DNA of 64,000 nt from Nemertoderma westbladi (Eukaryota; Animalia; Xenacoelomorpha). Below, in pieces: positions 11,609 to 23,800 of the stretch. Position 1 is the first letter of the stretch. Each line of letters starts with the position of its first letter. The notes under the pieces are model-generated. The model ran no database searches and was not told the DNA's origin. It saw only the letters and a list, made by a program, of their open reading frames with translations. A program made the translations under genes and the position numbers. The DNA lies in contig JAUCBJ010002762.1 in assembly GCA_032718475.1 (NCBI GenBank), forward strand, positions 1 through 64,000. Direction: 5' to 3'.

Positions 11609-11871
11609 GTTTAGGTTTATACTGTATATTAATTCATTTTGGTCACATATGTCCGTAATTAATTAATCAATCAATATTAACTCGAATGATATTACTATAC
11701 TATAGTTCATTCGCTTTAAATAAAGCCAGTAAAATATTGATCCCTCGCATATACTGTAGAAGCGGGAGGAATGAACGTGGTCACAGATGTCTATAATTTA
11801 ACATTATACCGTACTGTACTGTACTGTATGTACAAAGGAGTCAAGTAGAGAGAGCTTAAATAATAATAATA

Positions 11872-14168
11872 ATGGCTGTAGATACATATATCACTCTACT
11901 TTCAGATAGCTCATTAAACACTTACCCCAATAATAACCCTAGCGAGTTTACTGTTGATTTAGCTGAAGAATTATATATTGGTCCAAACGCTAAAATTGGA
12001 CTCGCAGAGATACAATACCAAGCAACATACAGTAATATTACTCTGCAAACTCAAATCTCGCTGTCAATCGGGGTAGATGCAAAAGATGCCAAATTATATA
12101 GTTTATTTACTGGTATGCATAGCTCTATTCAAGTCATTATTGATGATATAAATAAACTGTTTAATTCTGAAGCGAAATATAGAGATTTCGAATTCATTTT
12201 TAATACAAATAATTCTAGAATTAAATTTAAATTTCCTAAAAAGTTGAAAAAAATACAATTAAGTCTACGTGGTGATTTAATTCAAATTCTAGGCTTAAAA
12301 CCGTTATTGGATCAGAATCATCCGGGTATTCCGAATTGGGATATATACAGTACCACTACAGTGGATGAATTAAGCAATATAGAACAGCCGATATTAATTT
12401 TAAATTATAGTGGACCAAAAATTTCGGAAATTGGGATTTTAGATTTTCCAGCTCCCACAAATATTACTCGTAATAAAGATACTATCTTCATATATACAGA
12501 TATTATTAAGAGCTCATTTGTTGGTGACGCTTTAGCACCGCTCTTAACCCTATTACCACTGGGGTGTTTTGACCATTAGCACCACTGGGGGGGGGGGGCC
12601 GATTCGGCCCACCCACTATATTTTTGTAGTCGTCCAATGAAATCCTACAAAATTTGGGCTGTTGGTGAAACAACTATAGATGAACACTACCAAACCTTAA
12701 AAAATTAAAATTTCATAAGCAGGGTCTCATAATTTTGATGAAAAATAAAAGTAGTCCCAGGACAAAATTACAAAATTTTTCGTTTTCTAAAAACTAATAG
12801 TGTGGCAGTGTTGGCTAGATTTAGTAGGTTTTTCAAGACGCTGAATCGAATGTGATTATATTCCACTTCCAAAAATTGAAGTGGATGCTATTTTTCGTGC
12901 ACCTAAGAAGTGGGCGTGGCACTTCAAATTTTGAAAAATTAGATATTCAGAAAATGCCCCTAATTTTTTTATTTCAACGCATCTTTATGGGTTTTCTGGG
13001 CCGCTAAATCGATTGAAAGTAATATAGAAGCCTGAAGACTGAGTGGTTCGCCATTTTTGGTGCACCAAAATTAGGGCGTGGCACTTCAAATTTTGAAAAA
13101 TACCAGATTCGGAAAATAAACCAAAATTGAAATTTTAACGAATTTATATAGGTTTTCCAGACCGCTGAATCGATTGAAAGTAATATAGAAGCCTGAAGAC
13201 TTAGAAGTTAGCCATTTTTTGAAATCAAAACTTTAGTGTTTTTTCCGAAAAAAGTAATTTTGAAAATTTGAAGTGCCACGCCCTAATTTTGGTGCACCGA
13301 AAATTACGTACACAAAGGATTTGAGGCTTCTATATTACTTTCAATCGATTCAGCGCTCCAGAAAACCTATAAAATTAATTTGAAATCAAAACTTTAGTGA
13401 ATTTTCCGAAACTCATATTTTTCAAAATTTGAAGTGCCACGCCCTAATTTTGGTGCACCAAAAATGGCGAACCACTAAGTTTTCAGGCTTCTATATTACT
13501 TTCAATCGATTCAACGCTCCAGAAAACCTATAAAAATGTTTTGCAAATCAAAACTTTAGTGTATTTTCCGAATCTCGTATTTTTCAAAATTTGAAGTGCC
13601 ACGCCCTAATTTTGGTGCACCAAAAATGGCGAAACACTACACTTACATACTTGTATAGAACATTAGAGTGATCCAAACCAATAAAAATAAATAAAAATAG
13701 CCCAAACATAAATAATTACTAAATCACGAATGACTTTGTAAAATTCGAAAATTTCAAAAAATTTGGTGCTGGAGACCAAATTTTGAGGTGGCACCCACAT
13801 CGAAAAGTAGAAATCCAATTGCAACGGCGTTTTTTGCAAAAGATGCGGCATTAAATTTGGCTAATTCTCACAAAAAATTGGGCCGGTACGTAATGTGGTT
13901 GCATAGTTACAGCAACTAAAAACTAGGAAGGGGCCGATTCGGCCCCCCCCCAGTGCTAATAGGGTTAAGAACCTGTCCTTTAACACAATTAAATCGAAAA
14001 TATATTAATCACGAATACGAGAGCATTTGCTATTACCCGTTGTTGAATAAAAAACTAAAAACAATCTTAATTACTTTACGTGACGGCCAAGGCGAATTAA
14101 TTAATTTCAGCGGAGGTCGCACTGTTATAACACTTAAGTTAATACGCAGTGGTGGTGGTGATGGATGA
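11872..14168 (+). pseudogene. Minor capsid protein (penton) 1, interrupted by a piggyBac MITE
   Basis: YITLLSDSS..PNNNPSEFTVDL..IGLAEIQY. Joining 11872-12547 to 13969-14168 restores a 291-aa ORF reading VGDALAPLLRTC..LRDGQGELINFSGG.TVITL. Confidence 0.9.
12548..13964. mobile_element. Non-autonomous piggyBac-type element with internal ~161-bp repeats
   Basis: TTAA at 12544-12547 and 13965-13968; ends CCCTATTACCACTGGGG / CCCCAGTGCTAATAGGG; no ORF. Confidence 0.92.
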
Positions 14169-15006
14169 GCTCTACGTTAGACTACCAAGTAACTCCTGTC
14201 CAATTGATTTTCCTCGTAATACTGCTAGTAATTATCAGATAAATTTCCATGGCGCCTTACCTATAAATCCAAACGAAAACTGGGTGGTAGGTATAAAAAG
14301 TATATTTTACTTAGCCACATTGCCGTCCATGTATAACAATGTAGAGAATGTTATTTTATTAAAAAAAGGGAAAAAAAATTTTGAGGATACACTTCCATCC
14401 GGTTTGTTCTACAGTATCAATGACATTATAGATTATTTTAACACTGGAGCGTTGAAAGATAAATTACAAATAGTTGAAAATATTCAGCAAAATAGGGTGC
14501 AATTTATTTTAGGGAAAACTGTACGAGAGTTATTTATAGGTCAACAATTAGCCTATTATTTTGGAATTACTGAAAATAATCTCGGCGCGAATTTAAATCC
14601 AAATTTTAAAATTATTTTGAAGACGAAAAATAATATAAAGGGTTATTTAATAAAGGTTATCGGAAATGAAGAAAAAGCTTACCAGATGGTATTTTTATGC
14701 CCTCAACCACCCAATTCTATTCCAGAACCTAAATCGAACATGTACGTGACTACTAATATAATTGAAAATGAATATATTAATGACTTTGGTTTAGCCTTAC
14801 TTCGTCGTGTCGCGATACCTGATGATGTGAAATATGGTAGTGTAATAAATAAAGAATTTGTCAAGGATACAATTCATTATATCCCTGTAAAAAAATCATA
14901 TAAGATAATATACATTCATATTGAAATAACAGACAAAGAAGGAAAAGATTTGAATTTTGAATACGGGACAACTTGTATTACCTTACACTTTAAAAAAATA
15001 AATTAA
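14161..15006 (+). CDS. Minor capsid protein (penton) 2
   Basis: MDELYVRLPSNSC..FPRNTASNY..WVVGIKSI..YVTTNIIE..ALLRRV..HYIPV..IEITDKEGKDLNFEYG.TCITLHFKK. Confidence 0.88.
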   Translation: MDELYVRLPSNSCPIDFPRNTASNYQINFHGALPINPNENWVVGIKSIFYLATLPSMYNNVENVILLKKGKKNFEDTLPSGLFYSINDIIDYFNTGALKDKLQIVENIQQNRVQFILGKTVRELFIGQQLAYYFGITENNLGANLNPNFKIILKTKNNIKGYLIKVIGNEEKAYQMVFLCPQPPNSIPEPKSNMYVTTNIIENEYINDFGLALLRRVAIPDDVKYGSVINKEFVKDTIHYIPVKKSYKIIYIHIEITDKEGKDLNFEYGTTCITLHFKKIN

Positions 15007-15007
15007 A

Positions 15008-15571
15008 ATGGATTCCGATTTATTTCAAAGATACAGTAAACCTCAATATGGTGGTGCAGACTCTAATCTTGCTGTTTTTAAAGGGGGTAGAAGTACGAGA
15101 GGCTCGACGCAAGTTCCTGTTTTTCGAGGTGGTTCATATATTGACCCTTACGGACAACAAATTGGTGCATTTGGTCCAAACTTAAAACAACGTCGTTTTC
15201 AATGTTATCGTAGAGGTATGTTGCGAACAAATCAACACGGGGAAGGTATATTTACAGACGCTTTATCTACATTGAAAAAATTTGGTAAGCCATTAGCAAA
15301 AAAAGTGTTACAAAAAGCTTTACCATTTACCACAAAATTTATGAGACAACACGTAATACCAAAAGGTAAGTGGGTCTTACATCAGCAGGCTAATACGGTT
15401 ATTAATAAAGCATTAAATAAAATGAAACCATCCACAAGATCGGTTGTAGAAAAAGTTTATAGAGACTTAAAGCGACCTACTAGACCAATGTCTATGAACA
15501 TACATCATCGACGTAGTAAAAAGAGAAATATAAAAGGCAAACTGAAACACTGCGAAAAAAGTATTTTTTAA
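15008..15571 (+). CDS. Basic core/membrane-active virion protein precursor upstream of hexon
   Basis: Lys/Arg-rich; Gly-Gly motifs QYGG, FKGG, FRGG and QHGEG followed by an amphipathic IFTDALSTLKKFGKPLAKK segment; position typical of Polintons. Confidence 0.65.
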   Translation: MDSDLFQRYSKPQYGGADSNLAVFKGGRSTRGSTQVPVFRGGSYIDPYGQQIGAFGPNLKQRRFQCYRRGMLRTNQHGEGIFTDALSTLKKFGKPLAKKVLQKALPFTTKFMRQHVIPKGKWVLHQQANTVINKALNKMKPSTRSVVEKVYRDLKRPTRPMSMNIHHRRSKKRNIKGKLKHCEKSIF

Positions 15572-15573
15572 TA

Positions 15574-16834
15574 ATGTCAATTATTAAGGAATTAGATTTA
15601 TTTTCTACACAACCAATTCAGACTGAATTTAAAGCAAAGCATTATGAAACAATTTACCCGGTATCCAATCTCAGAAGCGAGTCTAGGGAAGTCACGTTCC
15701 TTGTACCAAGATCCAATGAATTCTATACGAAACTGCAAGATGCGTTATTAATTACAAAATGTACTGTACGGTGGGATAGACGACTTGAAAACTCCCATAT
15801 TTATATGTTGAATTACCCCGCTGGAACTATGTGGAGTGATATTAAAATAGACCTTAATGAGAAGCAGGTTGAAAATAGCAATAACCATTATTTTCTACAA
15901 GTCGTACTTATCCAATTTACTATTTACAACATACGAAACTAAAAATGGGCTACTGGGGGTGGGTGGCTTTCATCAACCTTTATCCGAACACGGAAATGAA
16001 ATTGATCCTGGTGCGCATCCTATTGGCGATGCCTTTAGTAAACAAATGCAATTTGTAAGTGGATTGACAATTGATTTTGATACTGAAACTAAAATAATAC
16101 AACCCGGGTATGATTTAAGAATGCATTTTAGAAAAGTATCAAATTCGTTTATTTTTAAAATCACTCGAAACGCAAACGCTGTGACAAATCTTCGGTTAGA
16201 ATTAGATGAAGTAAAGATCCTAATCCCTAGAATGGAGGTTAATCCCGTAATAGAAAGCAGTCACCTAAAAGGTTTAGAGAGTTACGATATTGAATATCAA
16301 TTCCAAAAAAAGGAGGTTACAACATTTACTATTCCCGCTCAAACCACAAATTACACCCAAACAAACATATTTGATGGTAAAAAACCCAAATTAGTTATTA
16401 TCGGTTTTATAACAAATAATGCATATTCGGGAGAATTAATTAGCAATCCCTTGAAATTTGAACATTTTAACCTTAGACGCGCGGAACTGATTGTAGACGG
16501 TCTTCCAGTAGGTGGTGTAATATACGAGCCTAATTTTACAGATGGAACATACATTTTTGAGTATACTCAATTAATGAAAAACATTAATACATATATTAAC
16601 GGTTATGGAGGTGATAATATAGACCATGAAACCTACTTAGGTAATTGCCCGCTCATATCTTGGGACCTAACCGCCGACGGCTATGTTAGAGATCCGCAAC
16701 CATCGATATATACTAACGGTCAATTAAAATTAAGATTTGCCGAACCGTTGATTGAGACCATAAATGTAATCGTTTTTAATATTTATGATCAATCATTTAG
16801 TTTAAATAGCAGGAAAGAAATACGTATCGATTAA
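15574..16834 (+). pseudogene. Major capsid protein (hexon, double jelly-roll) with a +1 frameshift at ~15891-15895
   Basis: ELDLFS..YETIYP..VENSNNHY continues in the next frame as YKSYLSNLL..KPKLVIIGFI.N.AYSG..NPLKFEHFNL..WDLTAD..LKLRFAEPL. Confidence 0.9.
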
Positions 16835-16836
16835 GT

Positions 16837-17295
16837 ATGTTATCTACAGAGGACCTTGATATGTTTCCAGTGGGTGGTCACTATTTGGGAGCGTTTCCAT
16901 CTAACAAATTACCTAAATTAGATAATAATAATAAACGGAGGAGAGATTATGGGTTAATAGTAAACACCGATAAACAGCATCTGCCCGGGGTTCATTGGAT
17001 CGCTATATATATACGAGATAATGAGGCTGAATTATTTAATTCATTCGGACCAAAATATCCAAACAGATGTATCGAAAAATGGCTTGAGAAAAATTCAGCG
17101 AGGTGGCGTACTACCCGGAAACAATTTCAAGACCCCAGGAGGACCACATGTGGATTATACTGTCTTTATTACTTGGTAAATCGAATTCATACAAACTATC
17201 CAATGAGAGTGTTTACAAATAATGTGGAAATAAATGAAATAATATTATATAAATGGCTTGTTAATTATTATAAAATAAACCAACAAGCGTTGTAA
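16837..17295 (+). CDS. Adenain-like cysteine maturation protease
   Basis: IVNTD..PGVHWIAI (His), LFNSFG, QFQD..TCGLYCLYYL (Gln, Cys). Confidence 0.92.
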   Translation: MLSTEDLDMFPVGGHYLGAFPSNKLPKLDNNNKRRRDYGLIVNTDKQHLPGVHWIAIYIRDNEAELFNSFGPKYPNRCIEKWLEKNSARWRTTRKQFQDPRRTTCGLYCLYYLVNRIHTNYPMRVFTNNVEINEIILYKWLVNYYKINQQAL

Positions 17296-17326
17296 TTAAT
17301 CATTTAACTTTTGTTTATCAGATAAA

Positions 17327-17935
17327 ATGGATAATATTATTTTTGTTGATTTTCAATATTATAAGATAGACAATAAGGAATATCCGGTAGTATTTAAAGA
17401 ATTTGCTATATTCGATTCTAATTACACCAAAACTAATGTAAAGATGTTTTTAATTAAAGGTCCGCCTAATATTAAGTTATCAGCATTAGATGTAGCTCAC
17501 GTAAACAATTTACGAGACATGACTCCGCATTTACCTTGGGATTACGGTGACATTTCGCAAGATGACTTTAAAAAATACATGAAGAGACATTTAAAATATA
17601 AAAAAAATATACATGTATTTGGGTTGATGAAGCGGGCAATATTAGTTTCCCAACTTGATGTTCTCGCACCAAATTCGATGGAGAAATTGTGGATATATCA
17701 ATATCGGCAATATTACAATTATTTAACCCCCTGTCGCTTCCACGATCAATTTATTGCACTAGAAAATAAATGTGCATTCCACTTAAACACAAGGGATAAC
17801 TGTCTGCGGTACTGCTCTGCTAAACGTGTCGGCGGGTTTGAATTGAAACGATTTTTCGTGAGAAAGCGTTTAACTGACACTGATGATGATAAACAGAAAG
17901 AAATAACTGCGGTGGAAGATGTACTCGTACAGTAG
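17327..17935 (+). CDS. Polinton protein with a possible degenerate DEDD/DnaQ-like exonuclease fold
   Basis: IFVDFQ..VFKEFAI, LPWDYGDI, VFGLMK and a C-terminal C..H..C cluster resemble a recurrent Polinton gene; fold assignment is tentative. Confidence 0.5.
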   Translation: MDNIIFVDFQYYKIDNKEYPVVFKEFAIFDSNYTKTNVKMFLIKGPPNIKLSALDVAHVNNLRDMTPHLPWDYGDISQDDFKKYMKRHLKYKKNIHVFGLMKRAILVSQLDVLAPNSMEKLWIYQYRQYYNYLTPCRFHDQFIALENKCAFHLNTRDNCLRYCSAKRVGGFELKRFFVRKRLTDTDDDKQKEITAVEDVLVQ

Positions 17936-18981
17936 GTTTACTCTAAGCATGTAATGTGATAGGATAATATAATTGTTTTAATGTCAATAAAAATAATAAA
18001 AACATTAAAATCTATTTTTTTTATATCTCAGTTTGACTGAAGGTGTAGGGCTTAAGTTTACACTCACAAACACACCGTACCTACCGGTAGCCGGCTGTTG
18101 TATCAGAGTTTAACTACCAGTAGCTGACTTTACACACATACCGACATATACCAACAACGCTAAACTGTAGAACGGCGGAATGGCACCGACCGCAACCATA
18201 GCACTTTAGCGTTACCGTACTTACTAATAATAAAATTAAATTAACTTGACATGGGGGTTCGTGAATGCAGCATTAGAGGGACCCACCCAACAATAGGCCT
18301 ACTGGTACCGACACTGTAGCACTCTTGTACCTGTATACTTGGATAGAGCAAGGGCATGCTGGTTTCTTTGATTTAAGGATTAAGCTATTACACTTGAATG
18401 CTTCCAATTTTCTGTTTACAACTTTAATTGGTCTAATCTGCATTACTGTGGGCTACTACTGTCGCATAGGCAAGCCTATACAGCTATAGTTAACTTTATG
18501 CGGCCCCCTTTTTCGAATGTTGACCCAATATGGTTTGCGGATAGGTAAGGTATACCTTCATTCGGTTAGGCATATAGGCCTAATGACTACTCCTCAACTG
18601 AAAGCTGACTAGCTCACGGACACAATAGGTGTAGTTAGGTACCGGTAGCGCTATTGGACCTATAAAATCCCCTCGCACTCTCTGTTACTAACTTTCAACA
18701 TTCACTTTATGACAGTATGTTGTATGCTATACCGTTAACCTTTAGAACATACAGTCGGGAACCCCTCATTCAACCAGTCATATAAAGGCTCCACTCGGAT
18801 ACAATAGGTGAGGCTCGCGGTATACCTAACTAAGCCTATATAAAATCCACCACATTCTCTGTTACTAACATTCACTCTATGTTGACGGGACTATATAAAA
18901 CATAGTTAGTTTATTTATGTAGGCCTATTCGCTTTTTTAAAATTAGATATAAAATAGGTTCGACCTACTAAGTTTTATAAG

Positions 18982-18998
18982 CAACAACAACAACAACT

Positions 18999-19034
<36 letters not shown>
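18982..19034. repeat. (CAA)n microsatellite
   Basis: Direct reading. Confidence 0.9.
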
Positions 19035-19084
19035 CTAAATTTATTACCGTATTATACTTTTTTATATACCTATATGAGGATCCC

Positions 19085-19711
19085 TCAGAGGTGTTTCCCC
19101 TTTACCGGTACCTGTAAATGGTTGTTTGAGGAGTTTATAGGCCTAACTTCTACCGGTCTTTGCATCGGTAGATCGAAGCTGTTTGAGGAGTTTATAGGCC
19201 TAACTTCTACCGGTCTTTGCATCGGTAGATCGAAGCTGTTTGAGGAGTTTATAGGCCTAACTTCTACCGGTCTTTGCATCGGTAGATCGAAGCGAAGCGT
19301 ATTATCAACATCATTCTCCCAATTCTCCGAATTTTCACTAGAGGGTGAGCTTCCCGGTATTTGAGATTGTATCCTTATATTGAGGGTGAAATCTTTAGAA
19401 ATTTCAACCTTTGTTGGTGATAAAGGTAGACCTACTCCATATTCTACCGAAGTAAACCCGATCTCAAATTTTTGGTTTATATATCGCAACTCCATCTCGG
19501 CAATATTGGATGCTGAGAGATATGTTTCGTCGCTTGATTGCAAATCGATTTTGATACAACTTTTCAACCCTTGGTTATTAAAAAAGGCGAATGTCATCTT
19601 CCTTCGAGGTAAGTTGTCGTCGTCGTAACTACCGGTAAGAATATCTTTAAATTGAATAGGTAGGCCTACTGGTATTTTTTTCTTCTTTTGTTTAACAAAA
19701 TTATAGTTCAC
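19085..19711 (-). CDS. Polinton orphan ORF with three 19-aa (57-bp) repeats
   Basis: FDLPMQRPVEVRPINSSN(S) x3 at 19124-19293; non-ATG start in the ORF track, so the true start is uncertain. Confidence 0.45.
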   Translation of the reverse strand: MNYNFVKQKKKKIPVGLPIQFKDILTGSYDDDNLPRRKMTFAFFNNQGLKSCIKIDLQSSDETYLSASNIAEMELRYINQKFEIGFTSVEYGVGLPLSPTKVEISKDFTLNIRIQSQIPGSSPSSENSENWENDVDNTLRFDLPMQRPVEVRPINSSNSFDLPMQRPVEVRPINSSNSFDLPMQRPVEVRPINSSNNHLQVPVKGKHL

Positions 19712-20282
19712 TGTTAGAAAAATTGAGTTTATATATATTTTTGTAGAGGGTCGCAGATGTGTACATTACAAAATTCTCATAGTTAACAAAATGCACAACA
19801 TAAACCTTTCCCATGCGGATTAGCGATATATGCTCTGTTCATTGTTCTATTCTGAATGTAGGGAGATGCATAGCCGATGTTTTGATGATATGTACCGGTA
19901 TACAGACTAGTAACAGATAGGAGGGCATCGTCTTTGACTATGAATACCAGCACATAGCCCTAATCTTTTCTCACTGAGCTTAGCGTTGTCTGCTGCACAT
20001 ACACGCACACTCATAAGTAACAGATGCGCTATTGTAGCTCACTCGTGAGCAGCGATGCTTAGTTAGCTAGCTAGCTAGTTACGGCCACTGAGTATACTAT
20101 GCCTACTTGAGTGTTACAAGCAATCGCTCTACTGAAGTTAGTTAGTTAATTTCCCCTCAAACTAGTTGTTGATTTAAAAAAAAATATTCATAAATTTTTT
20201 TTCCAGCCAATTTAATATATATATATATTTTACAGTAAAAATCTCCACCACCAAACAGCAACAACAATAAATTTCACTCGCA

Positions 20283-20837
20283 CTAATTATATTTTACAAC
20301 AAAAACCCTCGCACCAAACAATAATAAATTATTAACCAGTTTGTTGAATATAGGATAATATATATAAAATTTAAACGGGGAACACATTAATGTACATTTA
20401 CCAGTGTAGAAGCAGCAAACAACAACATTATTATTTATTCTGACTTTACAGTTATTGAATATTTCGGGATCGTATGAAATTTCTAGTTTAACATTATCAA
20501 ATATAACATAAAACCCTATATTGTTTATAAGTAACCTATAAATTACGGTATCTATACTAAAAATATAAGTACACAAATTGATTGATTTAAAAATCAAATT
20601 AATGTTTGTTTTTTCGAATATATGCTTTTTCACTTTATTAAAATTATATTTTCTACCGAGAATTGTTATTCGACCATTTGTAAACATTAATATGGTTGCA
20701 CCAAATACCTTATATATAAACTGATTAGGTTTGAGTACAATTTTACCAGTCAATTGATTTTTTAATTCTTTTAAATTAAGTCCATAAATGATCTGCTTAC
20801 AACTTATATTTTTATTTACTATTTGATAATTCATCAT
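20283..20837 (-). CDS. TATA-binding protein (TBP)-fold protein
   Basis: Two TBP-like repeats: NISC..LNLKEL..KPNQF..ATILMFTNGRITILG and ISYDPEIFNNCKVRI..VVVCCFYTGKCTL, compared with canonical TALIFSSGKMVCTG and SYEPELFPGLIYR..LLIFVSGKVVLTG. Confidence 0.8.
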   Translation of the reverse strand: MMNYQIVNKNISCKQIIYGLNLKELKNQLTGKIVLKPNQFIYKVFGATILMFTNGRITILGRKYNFNKVKKHIFEKTNINLIFKSINLCTYIFSIDTVIYRLLINNIGFYVIFDNVKLEISYDPEIFNNCKVRINNNVVVCCFYTGKCTLMCSPFKFYIYYPIFNKLVNNLLLFGARVFVVKYN

Positions 20838-23800
20838 CAACACCATCGTCTTTTGGTTCTTCATAAATTGGTATATTTGATATTTTTATAGGTTTTTTGA
20901 GGTTTGTTTTATAGTGCCCCCAAGGAAGTGATTGATTTTTATTAACCCAATAAAGTTTATCATCAAAGCTACTGAGTGCAAATTTATTTTGCAAAGTATA
21001 AATACGATGTAATTTAAATTGAAATCTGTGTATGTTTTTTTTATTTCTTCATTTGAGTTATATGCTTTTAAATATTCTTCATGTGTAATATTCGTTTCCA
21101 CAACAGCTCTTGTAATACCTTTTGCTCTACGAATATTTTTGTTATTCCATTCCAAAATTGAATATAATTTTGGTCTTAAAAATACTGCTTGTTTAATTTC
21201 ACGTGAGGCTAGTTCGTCTTTACAGTAATAGAGTCTGGATTTATTTTTATCGCTGTAGAGAGGGTGATCCTTAGGGTAATTGGAAGTATCTAAAATATTA
21301 TTTTTAATTAATGCTTTTAAAAAATTATTCTGCGATGTATTATAGTAACAACCTATTAAATAGTCGGTATCTGATGCAGCAATTTCAATACGGCAGTTTA
21401 ATTCTTTCTCAATAGGTAGCAATTTATTGTAGAACAGCTCATACATATCTAATTTAGCCAAGTCCAACACAGTGCTACCAATAAATATAGGCTTATCGAG
21501 AGTTACAGAGTCTTTTACTAATAAATGTCCCGATAATGTATTATTGTATATTATAAATTGTTCATGATTAATACGATTTAACAATTGATCGCATTTATCA
21601 TTGCTATTTGCGATACGAAAGTTACATCGATCTCTTATCTTTTCTATTGATTTGCCAAATAACGAATTATTGAGCAATTTCGCGACAGCTGTTTCAATGT
21701 AACTTTTTGCTACTCGCCTTTGATTAATATTAAAATCTATGTAATTTTTAAATACAAATTCTTGTTGAAAAGAATATAATTTATGTAGTTTAGTAACAAT
21801 TAATCCATGTTTTATATAAAATTTTAACAGTTTCAAATGTAAATGATAAAACTCTTTATCAAATTGCGTCAGCAAGAGTTTTGCTGTAGGCATCCTATAT
21901 TTACGGGAGGTACCTCTTTGTATCGATAAGTTATTAAATTGTTCTCTCATATAAGGTGAAAGCATTGATTCATTTATACTTAAATGCTCTGGAGCTAATG
22001 GTAATTGTAATGTTTGATCGTGAATAGCTTTGGGATAATTTAAATCACATATTCAAAAATATCCAGTAGATCCATCAATGTCTAAATCTACCAAGTACTC
22101 GATTAGTTTTTCTGGAATTGCATTCTCTAAATGTTTAATACTTACTTCTTTGAATTGTGAGGTGGGTAGTTTTTTACTTAAATTCCCAGAATATAAAGAG
22201 TTGAAATCAATATTAAAAATATGGCATTCTTCCTTAGTAGAACCATATGTACTTGTTCCTGGTATATTTGATTCTATATAATGCTTTCGACAAAATGAAA
22301 CACCACCCCTTATTGATTTTTCAAAATCTCTATATGTCTGATAATCCTTTATTAATTCTATTTTACATTTATTATATTTTAGTGCGCAATCATAGGTAAA
22401 TGACGCGATACTACAGTAAAAAACCACTTCTAAATCGTAATTTTGTTTACAAACATTCCTAAAATTCTCAAATATATCAGCAAGCAAACAAACATCGAGT
22501 TTTAAATAGGCTAAAAGATAATCTTTGAGATTCACGCAGTCGAATTCTATCCATGATAATTCCGCAAACCTATAATCTTCAATTGTGCATGTTTTTTGAC
22601 TTAAGTTACTAAAAAAATTATTTATAGACGGCAAACCAGTATCATTAAATCTATTTATATCTGTCAAGTACTCGTATGGAAATACTCCTTTCTGTTTAAT
22701 TGTTGAGTTATTCAAGTTTGGATAAAAATATTTCATTTCTTGTAGAGTAATAGGTAAAATTGAGCTTATATCATGACTCGCTACATCCTTTGTTGAACAC
22801 TCAACTAAATTACTTAAAGAAAAGCTTAAAAATTGATATGTGTCTAAGAAACGTAACTCAATTTTCTTAGAAGTGTTTTGAATTGGGATAAATGCACTCA
22901 GTGAAATATATCGTTCTGTATTTCTCGGTATAACCTTTATATCCCAATCTGTGTATTTCTTATCTCTAAATCCGGTTTGTAATATACAATGTATATCGTA
23001 CTTGTTGGAATTGTGTCCGCAAAGTACATACAGGTATCGTTTCAATGATAAACTTCGGTTACAACTATTACAGGTTGCCGCAATATATTTACCTGTAATA
23101 TGTGAATGATGTCTGTTTTTCCCTACATTATTATTTAAAGTAACATTACAATAGAAACAAAATTTTGCTTGTTCAAAATTTACAAAATCAATATTAGTAA
23201 ATGACATAGTTTTATGAGTGTATATTTCTGACCAACAACATAATTCAGTTAAATCAGTATATAATGAATCTAAGAAATCTTGAATACAATTATTATTATT
23301 TGACTTTACAAATGTTTTCAAATGACATTTTGGAGCATCAAGTAATTCACTATTGGGAACAATTAAATAACTCACAGCACACGGTATATGCTCCTGTATA
23401 ATTTGATTATTAACTGAAGGTTGTAAGATACATTCTATATCAAAGTAGGTGACAAACAATGGGGATAAGGTTCTATCTAAATTTGTAAAACTAATGTGTG
23501 TTCTTTTTTTATTAGGTAGTTTCTCTCGTTGACTTCTTCCTTGGTAGCAGGAGAGACGGTGTCGATGAAGAACTTCCGCTCAAAAAAAATGAGTCAAACA
23601 CCTTTCACAAAATTTCCTATTGCTGATATGAAGAGCTCTCGTATTCAGCAATCGATTCAAGTTAGTTATGCAAACATAATGATTCAGTTTAGGTACATTG
23701 TTATTTTTTACTACAACTAATATATTTAATAACTGTTTATCAGGTGTAATTTTACTAAACGGTGGTTGTCTTAATATAGATACAGGGGTGTGTTTGTTAT

